Assembly (NCBI GenBank): GCA_963788185.1
Contig: CAWBGE010000013.1
Span: forward strand, 27,350-91,349
DNA: 64,000 bases
Origin: an uncultured beta proteobacterium
GTDB lineage: Bacteria; Pseudomonadota; Gammaproteobacteria; Burkholderiales; Casimicrobiaceae
Direction: 5' to 3'
Part shown: positions 63,410 to 64,000 of the stretch, one piece after another
Position numbering within the stretch: position 1 is the first letter of the stretch
Layout: the number at the start of each line of letters is the position of its first letter
The notes under the pieces: model-generated
The model's database searches: none
Told to the model about the DNA's origin: nothing
Seen by the model: the letters and a program-made list of their open reading frames with translations, nothing else
Translations under genes and position numbers: made by a program

Positions 63410-63973
63410 ATGCCGCTCCCCTCGAGCACTGCCCAGCGTCAGCGCCTGCACGTGCGCCGCATCGTCTATGAGGGGTGGCGCCGGGAAGACGGCCTTTTCG
63501 ACATCGAGGCGCGCCTCGTCGACACCAAGGATCACGACTACGAACTCCTCGCCGGCACGCGACCCGCCGGCGAACCTGTCCACGACATGTGGGCACGCGT
63601 CACGATCGACCGCGATTTCGCCATCCGCGAGCTCGTGGCTCATACCGACCGGATGCCCTATCCCGGCGCCTGCGACCGCATCACGACCGAGTATCCGAAG
63701 CTGGTCGGCTGCAACCTGATGCACGGTTTTCGCAAGGCGCTGTTCGAGTCGATGGGCGGTGTGCGTGGCTGCAGCCACCTGACCGAACTCATCGCTTTCC
63801 TCCCGACTGCCGCACTGCAGACCTTTGCCGGCCTGCGGAGCGAAGTTGATCCCCACGGAGAGAGACCGTTCCAGCTCGATCGCTGCCACGCGCTGGAACA
63901 CACCACCGAGACGGTACGGCGCTACTACCCGAAGTGGTATCGCGGTCCGGCTGACGTCAACGCCGCAAGATAA
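63410..63973 (+). CDS. DUF2889-like protein
   Basis: The motif GGVRGCSHLTELI and the overall size (187 aa) fit DUF2889 as I remember it. This is not verified. Confidence 0.6.
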   Translation: MPLPSSTAQRQRLHVRRIVYEGWRREDGLFDIEARLVDTKDHDYELLAGTRPAGEPVHDMWARVTIDRDFAIRELVAHTDRMPYPGACDRITTEYPKLVGCNLMHGFRKALFESMGGVRGCSHLTELIAFLPTAALQTFAGLRSEVDPHGERPFQLDRCHALEHTTETVRRYYPKWYRGPADVNAAR

Positions 63974-63982
63974 GGAGCTGTC

Positions 63983-64000
63983 GTGAAAATTCACGAGTAT
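63983..64000 (+). CDS. sucC: Probable start of succinyl-CoA ligase beta subunit (truncated by window end)
   Basis: An RBS (AAGGAG) lies 7 nt upstream of GTG. The frame encodes MKIHEY, the conserved SucC N-terminus. Only 6 codons are visible. Confidence 0.45.

Overview
High-GC betaproteobacterial-type chromosome segment, hand-annotated from the ORF track and the raw sequence. It is probably from a Rhodocyclales-like organism (Azoarcus/Thauera/Aromatoleum group). That guess rests on a tRNA-Ile(CAU) interrupted by a group I intron, GTAGGAGCGGCTTCAGCCGCGA-type REP doublets, and Bug/TRAP/RND-rich gene content.

About 60 genes are supported. Most are core housekeeping genes:
- hemN, a cspA-like gene with infA, and upp
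- the rpsU-yqeY-dnaG-rpoD macromolecular synthesis operon, with tsaD divergent from it
- plsY, folB, ybaK, xerD and ogt
- a dctPQM TRAP transporter, a fused 5-oxoprolinase, gpx, argD-ridA, ugpBAEC plus ugpQ, glpK, and the start of sucC

The most interesting content:
1. At the left edge (2-7334) there is a tightly packed operon: NHL propeller, 700-aa predicted outer-membrane barrel, NHL lipoprotein, 12-haem cytochrome c, 9-haem cytochrome c, and a secreted OB-like protein. It looks like an uncharacterised porin-cytochrome (extracellular electron transfer) module.
2. A Crp-type regulator is co-transcribed with a hemerythrin. Nearby, a perfect TGTGA-N6-TCACA site sits in front of an MFP-RND efflux pair bracketed by two small DUF2892 membrane proteins.
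3. A tRNA-Ile(CAU) gene is split by a 238-nt group I intron.
4. RpoD carries an N-terminal extension of about 210 aa, mostly Lys/Ala/Pro-rich.
5. There are REPIN-like repeat doublets and a 168-bp element bounded by 18-bp perfect inverted repeats.
6. A methyltransferase gene appears to be frameshifted.

No CRISPR array, prophage, transposase or recognisable defence system was seen. All start codons, regulatory sites and family assignments were made by eye or from memory and need computational confirmation.
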